From the NCBI GenBank assembly GCA_951406725.2, contig OX597829.1, positions 9,982,001-10,046,000 on the forward strand: 64,000 nt of DNA. Reading direction: 5' to 3'. The notes beneath the pieces were generated by a model. It had not been told where the DNA came from, made no database searches, and worked only from the letters and a program-made list of their open reading frames with translations. The stretch comes from Octopus vulgaris (taxonomy: Eukaryota). The stretch's first letter is position 1. Every line of letters starts with the position of its first letter. Positions 1-14,659 of the stretch are shown here, piece by piece. The translations under genes and the position numbers were made by a program.

Positions 1-527
1 ATTCACGTCCCATATTTCATTTCATTTTTAAGGAATCGTTAAAATAAAGTTTTAAAGAGTCGAATAGTTTAGAGAGATAGAATCGATTGGATTCCATAGA
101 TTTGAAAAGTTGCGTCTATGTAAATTATTGTTATTCTTCTTTGCGGTCCATCTTCAATACCGAAATATTCTTGCAAGAATATTCCAAAATAGCATGAATC
201 CCGGCTAAGGTATCTTAAAATATCTAGTTCCGTCCTTCAGCGTTCTGGTTGTAATACTCATCGAGGTTTAGCTTCAACTTTCTTTAATTGTTTAGCATGT
301 TTTTCTCTTTTTCTTTGTTAGGGGTAGGGAGTAGGAGGGTTTTTTTTCTTAATCTCCAGGTCTAACGAGAACGAACGAACTTCTAATCTTATAATCTGAA
401 ATATTCCAGACTTGACTCGCCAGTCTAATTCGAGATATGTAGGACTAAATATCCTTTTTTTTCTCTCAAAATATCCGAAAGGCAGCAGTGGATGCGTGAT
501 TTCAGAGAGACAGATAAATATACCGAA

Positions 528-563
<36 letters not shown>

Positions 564-575
564 TGTCACAGTAAC

Positions 576-644
<69 letters not shown>

Positions 645-849
645 ATAAGAGAGAGGAACAAACAGAACTGCAGATCGAGAAGCAGTGTAGATGACTAGGG
701 CTCTTTGTCACAAATCGTCTTTCCGGTTTTGATCATAGTTTTGTTATGTACATGTATGATTAAGAAAACAAGACGGGCAATAGATAGCTCATTTTTTTTC
801 ACGATAAATTTTGCATTTTTACCTCACAGCTTTATTTAACTTTTCCATG

Positions 850-1416
850 CGAAATCCATATTGGCAGCGCAAGATCAGACTTTAAGAATGAGTAAGAGTC
901 TCCACTATGCCGCATCTGTCATAGAGTAGACAAAACTGTTGCCCATATCATGAACAAATGCCATATACTTGCATAAAACCACTACAAGTTAAGGAGACAC
1001 GATGAAGTAGTGAAAGTGCTACATTGCAAACTATGCGAAACGGATCTAGAGAGAGACAAGATGCGATTTGAGCAGAAACCGAAGAGATTTCTCTATCCAA
1101 ACAGATCAGGTGCTAGAGCGTAAGAAACCGGACCTAGCGTGCCCCTTCAAGGCACGAGTAGTCAAGAAGGAAAGTGGAAAAATAGATAAATACAGCGAAA
1201 TAGCTTGGCTATGGAAAATGAAGAAGGTGTAGTTAGTGCCAAGTATCGTTGGTTCCTTGGGGATAGTATCAAAAGGCATCATGAGGAATATGAAAGAAAT
1301 TGTAATAGAGTGCACGGACAGAATAATCAGGAAAGCATTAGATAGTTGAAAAGAACAGATAGAATGGTACCGTAGGCTGCATAGAGCAAGCACGTTACGC
1401 ATCCAACAAAATTTCA
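850..1416 (+). mobile_element. Decayed 3' fragment of an R4/Dong-type (RLE) non-LTR retrotransposon ending in (TAA)n
   Basis: Manual translation across stops/frameshifts gives LAAQDQTLR, a CCHC finger (CRICHRVDKTVAHIMNKC..RRHDEV), KPDL..KIDKY and VPSIVGSLG, typical of the restriction-like endonuclease end; followed by (AAT)n 1417-1485. Confidence 0.8.
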
Positions 1417-2141
<725 letters not shown>

Positions 2142-3419
2142 AAGAAGAAGAAGAAGAAGAAGGAAAACAACAACAACAACAACAACAACAACCCAAACAA
2201 AACCGTCCAGAAACACAAGGCACTCTATATAGCAAATATCTAATAAAATGAATAACCACCAAAAGGCCGGATACCCAACAGAAGAATACGACTCGTACTA
2301 TACACACAACATACAATACAAACACCAATAAAAAAAAGCTTGCAACCAGACACCATAGCAAAACAAACGGATGCAATAGAATACCGGGAAGAGTTTGCAC
2401 TCCCCCAACAACAAAAGAAGAACACACAATGCTGCACCCCCTCCCCAGAAACATGGAGGAGTAGCAGATGATGCAGTAGAAATTTGCCTAAAATTACCAA
2501 ATGTTGAACAATAATGATGATGATGATGATAATCCCTAGATCTTGAATAAACTGCAGCATTAGTCTACATATAGGAAAAACCGTAGGAATGAATGCAAAA
2601 TCATTTCAATTATAAAGGAGGCTGATAGAAGGCAACGGAAGCAACATCAGTCTTTCACGTCACCTTACCATGCACACATTCAAAGTGCTACTCATCAGCA
2701 TTAATACACCCAAACGTCCATCTTTTCAACTAAAAGATCATTAAACTCATGCAGCCTACTGCGCATAAGCTTTACTAGAAAAAAAAAATTTGATGGCTCC
2801 AACCCCATCTCCATCCATTGACATCAGCAAAAGTTTCGCCGGTATCCAATTATACACTAAAATACACGTTGCCTCCTTATACAAAACGATAGTTAGCATA
2901 TCAGTTTTCAAGTTGCCAAGCCTGTATGGTTTATGATAACAAGATACCTAGAAACTGCGACTTCCCGAATGAAATATCATAGAAAACCTCTTTTCATCCA
3001 CACTTTTTAACTTAGGTGCCTACGCGATCTTTTCGCGTGTCATCAAAACTTACGTACAGGCTCTGATGACGCCATAATTAAATGCCCGTTCTAATACACA
3101 GCCGCGCAATAGCTTTAATTCCACTCATCTTGAAGATTGACTCCAAAAGCTCAAACACACTATACCCATTGTTACCAGCAAGACCAGAGGACATCAAATA
3201 TACCCATATAACAACAATATCTAACAACACACGCAATAGTTTCATCAGTTCTTAAATTAGTACTAGCAGGGACAACACCATTATGTACGTAGGAACTGCA
3301 ATTGTCAATAGACACATGTGTACACGTACACACACTCACACACAGGCACCCGCGCACTTACACACATGTATAGCAATGTCAGTACACATTATATATATAT
3401 ACAGCAATGTAACTGCTTT

Positions 3420-3882
3420 TCTCCGACTATTCATTTCCTTTTTCTCCGGGCATTTGCTCGTTCTTCTTTCTGATGATGTTGCTACTTATGTGCTCTCTCA
3501 ACGAGATACCAAGCATTGACCTTTCCATGGCTCTTTGAGCCGTTACCAGTCTTTGCTCTTCTCTCTTTGTGGTAGCCCATGTTTCACTACCATATAACAT
3601 TGCAGGCATAACTGCACTGTTAATGAGGTTGGCGCTGGTGGTCCTGTCCAACCTTCCCTTGAGCACATCCCTTATGCCATTGAACGCCTTCCATCCGGCC
3701 CTTACTCTCCGTGAGCGGAAAAGACCACCCGGAAGACCTCCACTACGGTGGAGTTACGATTTAAAGAGGATGATTGGGATCACGTGGATGAGAAAGGCGC
3801 GATCCAGAGAGGAGTGGACAGCGTGCTGTGACCAGCGGTGTCAAATGGACGCCTGACGGACTGGTCGGTCAAGGTGATCAAG

Positions 3883-3887
<5 letters not shown>
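3420..3887. mobile_element. RTE-clade LINE 3' fragment with inverted 5' part
   Basis: Minus strand 3420-3711 encodes ..PAMLYGSETWATTKREEQRL..; plus strand 3712-3856 encodes RKRPPGRPPLRW..W.. and is followed by a (CAAGGTGAT)x2 tail. Confidence 0.8.
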
Positions 3888-3937
<50 letters not shown>

Positions 3938-4849
3938 CTGCAAATCAAGGTTTACTCAACCATGTATGTATGTATATACGCACGCGGTCGTCTCTGTTAA
4001 AGCTGGTGTTTCATATTTAGTTTCATATCTACCTTTGTATCTAGTTTCCGCCACTGAATGCCATCCCATTGCAATTCCCAATTTGCCCCTGCTTTTACCT
4101 AGAATTCGACAACTATCTATTCACAAGAAACATCTATCTCACTAATCTGCAAAAATTTAAGACCCACCAGTTCTCTTTTCTGAAAACAAATAATTTAAAA
4201 GGACAAATGTTGTTTAGTCGTAGGCAGGTCGTTGGCCAACGTTGTCTTGTTCGTATACATTCAGATTTCTCGTTACTGGGACAGAGTTTTAAGCTAAAAC
4301 AATAGATGTTGCTTAAACGTTTTAGATATTCTTGAACATATCTTCAGATTGGTAAAATCAATTGAACAAGATTTTTATATTTTATTTTCCTTTCTTTCAG
4401 TTTCCTTTCTTTCCTTCCTTTCTTCTTTTTTTCTTTCTTCATTCCTTTCTCCTTTTGCTTTTGGTATTTCTTGTTTTAATCTTTTGGTCTAAAGGAAATA
4501 ACTAAGCAGACATTCCGAGAACAGTGAAGCAGATATACGTAATGTTACTCTTATACAATTTGAAGTTACGGTAGAGAAATCAGGTGAGAAGAATGACATC
4601 CGGATAAAGAAGGACTTGGCATCATAATTAGAGTGAGGAATTAGAAGAGGGGTGGATATACAACGGTTGACGAGAAAAGGAGAAACGATACGTTGGGAGT
4701 GTCTGGTTTGAAGTATCGCAAGACAGCCAACTCCGAAATCTCTCTCTGTATAAAGCTGAAGTTCTCTGTGTATAGCATCTTTCAACTAACACTATCTCCT
4801 CCGAGACCCTGCGGCGCAAGTTGACCAAAAGTGCTCTTCATTCCGTAGA

Positions 4850-5111
4850 AGATAACATTCAAATCGGACCTTGTTAACACCAAAAATTATTTACATCAAA
4901 AAGGTGCTTTTTTTTCTATGAAAATCCGTATTTTTTACGATTTTTTGACTGCTGTGTCGCCATTTTTCGGTGTATTTCAACCAAAAAAATGTTCACTTAA
5001 AGAGAATAACAAGCTACATAATGCAAAAATTACTTTTCAAAAATTACTTTTCAAAAATTCCAATTCTAAAGGGTCGAAACAAACCCGAGCAACGCCGGGC
5101 AATACTGCTAA
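4850..5111 (+). mobile_element. 3' portion of a non-autonomous Helitron
   Basis: Subterminal hairpin CCCG-agcaacgc-CGGG (5084-5099) followed by CTAA (CTRR) at 5108-5111 and T; 5' boundary uncertain. Confidence 0.55.
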
Positions 5112-5669
5112 TATAAAATATAATAACAATAGAAAATATCAGAAAAAAAGAACGTGTGTGTGTGCCAGAGGCTGGAGCATATTGGAGCTTTTAAATGGAA
5201 TGAAAGTATTAAGCAACAATCGCTGATGAAAATCTATATTCCGTTTTGGTTTAATCAGTTGAAAACGTTTTAGATTTGTATAACTTTTACCTCTAATTAA
5301 TTCTTCAACTAGGAAATTTTCTGTAGAGTAACTTTGTAATTGAATATTTATGGGTCTGATTTGTAGATTTCATAGGCACATACCTGTTTGTTCTGTTCAC
5401 TGTTTGGGGAGAGGTATTTACAAGTGATACCATTTAGATCTCTTCCTGATCAGTCTTGGTCCTGTAGACCTGCTATGAAAAATACTCTAAGCCGTCAAAA
5501 TCTAGTCTCTTTCCAGACATTGAAAGAAACTATTCAGTTCGTATCTCTACAATATTTAAAACTACCTACCTCAAAATCTATTAGAGCAGATCGAGGGTCA
5601 GTCATATAGAGCCTCCTGTTAACGCAAAGCAATACTATTACCAGTTTTTCCATGCACTGTTTATAACAT

Positions 5670-6120
5670 TAAACGGATTAACTATTTAATTAGCAAATAT
5701 ATACAATTAATTATTTGTTGATGACTGTGTAACTAAGCAGTTGAACGCGTATAGTTAATTATTTGTACAATTATCTACGTATATAGTTTAATATTTAATT
5801 TTGTACAGTAAACTACATAAATCATCTGTTTCTACTAATAGTTATTTGCAAAGTTCACTGTTTGTATAGATAGCTATTTCTACAGTTAACTGTCAAGATA
5901 ACTATTTACACTGTTAGCTATTTACATATTTAATTACATATACAATTAATTATTCTACAATTATTTCTACAATTAGCTATTTGTACAGTTCATTGTTTGT
6001 ACAGTAGTTAAATATTTCTACATATCTATTTGTGCAGTGAACTATTTGCACAATCATTTGTTTCTACAGATAACTACTCGTACAGATAAATATGTATCAT
6101 TTAATTGCTTAATTACATAG
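5670..6120. repeat. Degenerate ~16-bp minisatellite (consensus near AACTATTTGTACAGTT)
   Basis: Repeated variants such as tatttgtacagtt, tatttctacagttaac and tatttgtgcagtgaac; further units at 6530-6600. Confidence 0.6.
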
Positions 6121-7324
6121 CTATTTGGTTAATTCTTAATACAATGCATTGCTGTATTGCATACCTTTTCCTTTTTTAAAATATAAAATATAAGTTTAGC
6201 CTTGCCGAGGAAAATATGCAAAGTGGTTAAACCACAAGTTTTAGTTCACCGTGGATAGAAAAAATGTGGGATCGACCGATATTTAGTTTTCTTATCCGTT
6301 TGCAATTTAGACCAGTCACTTAAGTTGTGGTATGACTTTGCATACACTATAGATATAAGCTAATATTCTCTCCGTAAGCATAAATTATTATTCTTTTACA
6401 GACGGTCTTCAGTAAAAAAAATGATCTGATTGATTTCATTTTGTCTGTCCACAGAGACATTAAAACATTCTGGTGTAATCACTTTGTTTACTTTCACGTC
6501 GAACTGAAACTGTATATATATTTTTTCAAAATTAATTATTTGTACAGTTAACTATTTGTACAATTAATTTTTTAGACAGTTAATTATTTGAACAGTAGTG
6601 TGTCTGTCTGTGATGTTAAGAAAATGTGGTCTTATAATTCTTGCAGTGTTATTTTACTTTTCTATTTATTACCTTTTTTTATTTTTATTTTATCATTTTT
6701 GTTTGTTTGTAGAGATATCTGCTCGTAAAAGTTCTCTCGCATGTGGTGTTTGACTGTTTGTAGAGAGTTGACTGCGGTGCTGACAGCGAGCGGTGTTAAC
6801 AGCTTGTGGTGTTGACAATTTAAGTTGAAGATTATTGCAGTAAATTGGCTGGCTTGTTGTCCTTGTCAAACAATATCCCGTGATTAATGTTTATTGATAT
6901 GATTCCGTTAGAAAGAAAGGATGATGGGTAATGTTTTAATGGGCGAAGGGATAAAAGAGAAAATTGGCGAGCGTGCTTGGTGAATGGCCAGATTGATACA
7001 TTGACATAGAGATTGTTGTTAAGGTCGTATGAGCTTCGGTCTTCGTTAAAGATTAGCCCTGCAAGAATATTTCCAAACGAGTGATAAACTATTGATGATT
7101 ATTTTATTTTTCGCCTTTGTTCCTTTTCATTTCTTCTTTTTTTTTTTGTATATGGTGCCGAGGTGGAAAGAATCAATGTTAGATGAATGGAATTGTCATT
7201 AAAGGGGGAGTGTGAATAAATACTTTAAACATAGCCAGCTAAAAATGTAAAAATGTAAACTGAAAGACAAACACGCATAAATGTGCATAAACACAATTAC
7301 ACACATACAAAGACACACACACAC

Positions 7325-7437
<113 letters not shown>

Positions 7438-7669
7438 TACACAGAATCGCAAAACATGCATAAAACTACTTATATGCAATATTAATCACTTGGTTCTTGT
7501 AAATATGAGACAAGACTTTTCTCTTAGTTTAACGCGACAAATCACGAGGTTTATGTAATCTCATGTTTCCCTGATATTGCACAGGGATGTGTATAGGAAA
7601 CTCGTATAGAATTCGCTAATTGAAGCATTTTAAAAAGAAATGGTAGATAGTAAGAAGAACGCTGGGATA

Positions 7670-7935
7670 AGGGCGGTGAATTGATAGAATCGGAATAAAT
7701 GCATTGCGGTATTCGTCCCGGTTCCTTAGGTTTTGAGTTAAAATTCCATCGTGTTGCCTTTCATTCTTCCGGGTTTGATAACATGTAGTACCAATTGAAG
7801 GCGGTGGATTGGCAGAACTGTTAGAGCGTTAGGCAAAAATGTTATACAGCTCTTTACGTTGTAGGTTTAAATATTTCGTCGAGGTCAGTTTTATCTTTCC
7901 AATCATCCAATTTTGGTAAAAAGGAGATCCAGTGT
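7670..7935 (+). mobile_element. Two decayed tRNA-derived SINEs (Meta-domain-like)
   Basis: GGCGGTG..GAAT head, B-box-like gagttaaaattcc and gcctttcattcttccgggtttgataa core shared with copies at 12944, 17092 and 61650. Confidence 0.6.
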
Positions 7936-8470
7936 AGGGTTATTGATTGGTAGAGATATGAGCGTGTTGAACAAAATACTTCGCAATTTCCGGTTCTTTA
8001 CGTTGGTTACTTTGTTGGAAATGGCAAACATGATGATAGTATCTTGCCGATAGTTTCGTGACTTGTTTGAAATAACAGAAGGGAGACAACAGCAAGCTAA
8101 CTTTGTATTCTTTCACAAAGCTCCATGACAAGCATATAGTCACTATAGTCATTTATCGACCTGAAGTCCCAAGAAACATTGCAGCATTGATGGCACCCCG
8201 GAATGAATAACTCGCAGTAATTAGTTACGTCCCTTTGCATTCTGAATTCAATTTCTCCCGGAGTTGACATTAATAAAATGAGTAATGGAGTCCAATTAAT
8301 CGACTGCATCCTTCTCAAAATTGTCTGGCTCAGTGCCAACTCAGACTTCCAGTAAAAGCTGCATATATTGCAGGCCTTGAACTTTCAGCGATTCTCTGCT
8401 GTTAAATTTCTATCATTGTAGTACTATACCGTTTTTAACGTTTATGAATAACATGATGCTTAAAGCATTA

Positions 8471-8625
8471 TTAAATCTCAGAGCGAGATGTAAACAGTAA
8501 CCGCTCAACAACGTAAAGTATAACAGCCATCTCAATATGGCTAACGTCGATCTCCTGGGGCTAAAAGCTACAGTAACACCCCCACTTTGTGGTTAGCCAT
8601 ATTGAGATGGCTGTTATACTTTACG
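8471..8625. mobile_element. Miniature fold-back member of the hammerhead-associated family (no ribozyme retained)
   Basis: Perfect 34-bp inverted repeat 8512-8545/8592-8625; motifs shared with 33240-33755 and 40333-40711. Confidence 0.7.
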
Positions 8626-9859
8626 ATGATGCTTAAAGTTGATATTATATTCAGAATATTTCCACGATCCAGTATATTGGGTTGCTTCATAAATTCGTTC
8701 ATTTTTTTTCTTTTTTCTTTACCTACTAGACATTCCGTAATGAGCTGTCTGAAATAAGGTAAAATTTATTCATATTTAAAAAACAAAAAATGAAAGTTGT
8801 AGGGGAACAAAACAACCATAAAACACTACGATAAAAATATTTTTCACATTAATTCAAATGAAGAAAGAAAAAGAACAAACGAATACTTTAAGTTAAATTA
8901 AAATATTAAAACTGAATGACAATGATAAATGTACAAAATGAATGAGCAATAAATAAGCGATAGTTATGAATATTTGAAAATCTTTCATAATTATGTTTAC
9001 ACGCCCGCGGATTCACCGTTGCGGTTAGACAACTGTGGCAGCGTACCAACAGTTTTTCGTTTTTCAATCTTTAACTAAAAGTCATTTCACTTCTCTTACG
9101 ATGTCACAGCATAAGTGCGTCAAAGAATACCTTATATTATTTGCACTGGTTTTCATATTTCTTGGTTTTGAATCGCACAAAGATCAGCTTTATCCTTCAT
9201 CCTTCTGGGTTTCGACAAAATAAAATACCAATTAAGGCCTGAGGGTTAGTAGGATTGTTAAAATTTTCAATTAAATACCTTGCAGTATTTTGGCTCTTTG
9301 ACCTGTGAATCGCCTGTTACAACACAAATATCAAACCATCCAATCTGTTTTTTTTTCTAATGCCATCAGAGTCATGAAGAAGGAAAACCTGCTGCATGGA
9401 AAGCAGCTGGTCTGCTAGAAGAAAAATGTCCCCTGGCATATAAATGAGAAAGTGATCTCACGTGGTGCACCAATGCCAAAACCGGGACATGATCACGATA
9501 AATACAAATTAGGTTTTATAATTAAAATAAGGTTATAACTATAAATAGATTTAGTTTTTGGTGTAGTATTTTAGCTTAAAACATCATCTAAAATGTTAAC
9601 TTGTGATATGGTGGCGATATAAAAGGAAAGTGCGCTTTGGTACTAGTAAAAAAATCCGGATCTCTCTTGGACGCATTAATGCTGCTTGGCATCGTTTGAC
9701 GAAGAAATGCTGTCGACAGAAGAAGATGCAGTCATTGTGATGTCAAGTCGACAACGGATAAAGGCAGTGGCTTGCAGCGCAGTTGTATGGAAATGTATAT
9801 GCTTACATACATACACACACGCACACACACACTGAAAGAGAGAGATAGTGTGAGTAAGA

Positions 9860-10110
9860 GCGTTGGTGGTCGTGAGTTCGAATCCCGGACCAGGCTGTGT
9901 GCTGTGTTTTGAGAAAAACACTTTATTTCACATTGCTTCAGTTCAATCATCTGTAGAAATGAGTTGTGACGTCACTGATGCCAAACTATATCGGCCCCTT
10001 TGCCTTTCCCTTGAGTAACATCGGTGGCGACTACTGGTTTTCCATAAACAACCTTGGCCGGACTTGAGCTTCGGAGGGTAACATTCATGACCGAAATGGG
10101 TCTTTATCTT
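9860..10110 (+). mobile_element. tRNA-derived SINE
   Basis: B-box gagttcgaatccc followed by a SINE-like body (cactttatttcacattgc..ctgtagaaatgag). Confidence 0.6.
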
Positions 10111-10424
10111 ATCTTATAATAATAATAAGGATTATTACTAAGTTGCATATCATTGCCTTTAACTTTTTTCATGTCTGTGTGTCTGTGTGTCTGTGTGCGC
10201 GCGCGCGCGCGCGTGTGTGTACAATTTTATATAGACGTACACTGCATCGATTAGTAACCGTTGCAATTACAACCCTACTATAATAACGGTGAAGTTTCTT
10301 CAGGGTCTTTACTTTGATATCCTTCGATTTAACTGTTTAAAGTTTCTTGTTTATCAACTGTCGTTTATCACACAAGTATGGCGATACAAACACTAAAATA
10401 GAACTCACAATATGAGTAAATGTA

Positions 10425-10481
<57 letters not shown>

Positions 10482-10571
10482 ACAGAAGCAACAAGGCCCA
10501 AAAGTTTCGTGCGCAGGCACTTATCAAACTATTTGAAACTGTCGGCCCTTGAACTACTTCGTTACTTCCGC

Positions 10572-10636
<65 letters not shown>

Positions 10637-10918
10637 CAACAATTGAGGGTAAAATTAATTAATTAATCAATTTTACCAAGTATTCAGTATACAAAGGGAC
10701 CATTTAAGGCGAATTCAAATTATTACATTATATAAAAGGGCTTAGTAAAATAAATTACTTTGCCGCATACTGAACTCATTAGAAATAGCAGCTAAAAAAA
10801 ACTTTTTCAAAAACTATTTCCAATACTTAAAGAAAACCTCTCTCATATAGTGTTTGCTCAATTCAACTCACAAAAGTATGGGGGTAGAGACATTAAAAAA
10901 TCAAATGCAAAGGTTATT

Positions 10919-10971
10919 TGAGAACGTACGTTTCAAGATTAGTCAAAATCGACACTTCTATCATCAGCTCA
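10919..10971 (-). ncRNA. Type I hammerhead ribozyme
   Basis: Minus strand reads UGAG-CUGAUGA-stem II-GAAA-CGUACG-UU|CUCA. Confidence 0.8.
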
Positions 10972-11478
10972 GAACTCCCTGGTTTGGATTTGAAAACACT
11001 GAAAGTGGGAGCATACCCTTTCGGCTTGTTATCACTTCTGAAGATCTGCTCAAAACTAACAGTGCCAGCAAATTCAAATATGCAAGCGAAGAATTTCTGC
11101 TCTCCCCTTTCCACCAGCGTGGGTTAAAATCAGCAAACACTATGCTTTTTTCGGTAAAATCCGAGGCATTATATAGAGAGAGATGAATTATAATTTCAAC
11201 AATTGAGGGTAAAATTAATTAATTAATCAATTTTACCAAGTATTCAGTATACAAAGGGACCATTTAAGGCGAATTCAAATTATTACATTATATAAAAGGG
11301 CTTAGTAAAATAAATTACTTTGCCGCATACTGAACTCATTAGAAATAGCAGCTAAAAAAAACTTTTTCAAAAACTATTTCCAATACTTAAAGAAAACCTC
11401 TCTCATATAGTGTTTGCTCAATTCAACTCACAAAAGTATGGGGGTAGAGACATTAAAAAATCAAATGCAAAGGTTATT

Positions 11479-11531
11479 TGAGAATGTACGTTTCAAGATT
11501 AGTCAAAATCGACACTTCTATCATCAGCTCA
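11479..11531 (-). ncRNA. Type I hammerhead ribozyme (one stem III substitution)
   Basis: As 10919-10971 but GAAA-CGUACA-UU. Confidence 0.7.
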
Positions 11532-11566
11532 GAACTCCCTGGTTTGGATTTGAAAACACTGAGTTC

Positions 11567-11619
11567 TGAGCTGATGATAGAAGTGTCGATTTTGACTAAT
11601 CTTGAAACGTACGTTCTCA
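11567..11619 (+). ncRNA. Type I hammerhead ribozyme
   Basis: tgag ctgatga [11578-11603] gaaa cgtacg tt ctca. Confidence 0.8.
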
Positions 11620-11803
11620 AATAACCTTTGCATTTGATTTTTTAATGTCTCTACCCCCATACTTTTGTGAGTTGAATTGAGCAAACACTATATGAGAGAG
11701 GTTTTCTTTAAGTATTGGAAATAGTTTTTGAAAAAGTTTTTTTTAGCTGCTATTTCTAATGAGTTCAGTATGCGGCAAAGTAATTTATTTTACTAAGCCC
11801 TTT

Positions 11804-11878
<75 letters not shown>

Positions 11879-11884
11879 CATACA

Positions 11885-11916
<32 letters not shown>

Positions 11917-11939
11917 CATATATACATAAATACGTACGT

Positions 11940-11978
<39 letters not shown>

Positions 11979-12761
11979 TACACACATTCATATTGATTGC
12001 TGTACCTTTAGAGATGATTGGAGTCTACTAGTATATCCTCGCTGTCAGTGGCATATCTGGCATTTTGTTTCCGTATATGACTTCTCAGACCCCAATCCCG
12101 CTTTTTTTTTTATTTTGAGAAGATTATTTACTCCCGTTTCACTTCTGCATCCTTTGAAGTACAGGTGACAAATGGAAATTGTAATTTATTGTGCGCTTCC
12201 AAATGAGTAGGTCCAAACACGTCGCCACTGTTCCATATCAGGCTAAACCCTGGTATTTCTTAATTTTCTCAGTTTCTTTGATACTTGCTCTACTGTCATT
12301 GATATTACAAAATGTATGATATTATAATTTTCCTTTTTTGTTTTTGTTTTTTTTTTGTTTTGATTTTCTTTCTTATAAGCATAACTGGTTTCCTTGCTTT
12401 AATTAGATTGACAGTCTCTGTGGATCAATCTCATAAAATCTAGTAAAAATAATTTACCATCATAGCCTCCGAATCCACAAACTTGACTAACATCCCAAAT
12501 TACTATCTTACAGTCGGTCATTTCTGCTCTTGTATTCTCTTTTTTTTTTATCTTAACGTAAGTTTAATACTTCCGATTCCATTTCCAAAGATTCTGTATT
12601 TATCCTCTGACTGAGTTATCGCAATATTGGTTTTATCAAGTTCGTTCCAATGACTTGTTTCTGAACTGCTGTATTCAGCGACTCGGTTTCCCAATTCTGT
12701 TTGTATCTGTCAAACATAATCACCTGTTAATCATCATCATCGTCATCATTATAAACACCAT

Positions 12762-12809
<48 letters not shown>

Positions 12810-12854
12810 CAGCAGCAGCAGCAGTAGCAGCATTAGAAGTAGTAGTAGTAGTGC

Positions 12855-12942
<88 letters not shown>

Positions 12943-13082
12943 CCGCCGAGGTCGACTATCATCCTTTCCGGGTCGATCAAACACGTACCAGTTGCGTACT
13001 GGGGTCGCTGCAATCCACTATCCCTCACCCTCAAAATTTCAGTTCTTCTGCCTATAGTAGAAAGGATTATTATTATTATTAT

Positions 13083-13807
<725 letters not shown>

Positions 13808-14659
13808 CGTCTTTAAATTCTGCTTCCGTTTCTTTCCGCGTATCTTCGTGGCACCTAGGACAGAGAAACTCACTGTTTACATTGGCAGCCCCTGATGCTG
13901 AGGGCCTCTTCTTGAAGACGACAGGTAATCATGTGCTCTTGCTCCTTTCAGTCATGGTCTAGTCATCGGCGACTAAAACGGCTCCGCTCTTGGTTCAGTT
14001 TGCTGCATCTTGGAGGGTACCTAGCAGAACTAAAAACAAGATCGATTGATCCTAGCGGAAGAGGGCAATGTCAAATGGACTGGCTAGAAAAGCGCAACTC
14101 TAATGACATTGGAGTTAGCGGCGTTCAGTTGCAGCCCATCTTAGAAACTCGTATGTCACCCTAGGTAGTGCCACTGCAGAGGGATTTTGGGCCATATTGC
14201 GTGGGGACTCCGTTGGCAAGGGGATCTCCACCCTAAACAAACTCACGCCATTGGCTGGTTTCTTATTGATTTAACTCTTCCCCCTACTTTCTTTTTACAA
14301 CAAAAGCCCAACGGCGATGGGGTAAGGATGTTGGGAGAAGGTTTTTGTGAAATTAGAACCTACTAGTCCGGATCTGCACATTGGTGGCAGATGCCAAATG
14401 GTCGCCTTCGTGTGACCTAGGGACAACTTAGGGTCTCGGTCCTACATCTGCGAATGGGAACACCGCTCCTCACCCTGAATGAAGAAGGTCATAGAACATT
14501 AGTAGGACATTAAAATATACACATCAGATCGTTCATTTACGAAGTAATGTGATAGAAAAAAGGGGTAAGAAAGACAGAGAGAAAAAGGGAAAATAAAAAT
14601 ATATAAGTAAACAAATAAAATAAAGGGCAAAAAAGGAAAGAAAATTCATAGCGGCGATG

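Larger units (their letters stand above)
10633..11811 (-). mobile_element. Tandem (560-bp period) plus inverted non-coding element with three hammerheads, between (TA)n tracts
   Basis: 10633-11001 is repeated at 11193-11561; inverted arms 11287-11537/11561-11811; (TA)n at both ends. Confidence 0.85.

Noticed and set aside
1-490. Possible coding remnant on the minus strand
   Set aside because: Multiple stops and no motif I can recognise.
5218-5277. ctgatga ... gaaaacgtttt hammerhead-like motif
   Set aside because: No convincing stem II, and stem I is out of register.
10854-11186. 110-aa ORF within the 560-bp unit
   Set aside because: Antisense to the tandem ribozymes, no recognisable domain and a non-ATG start.
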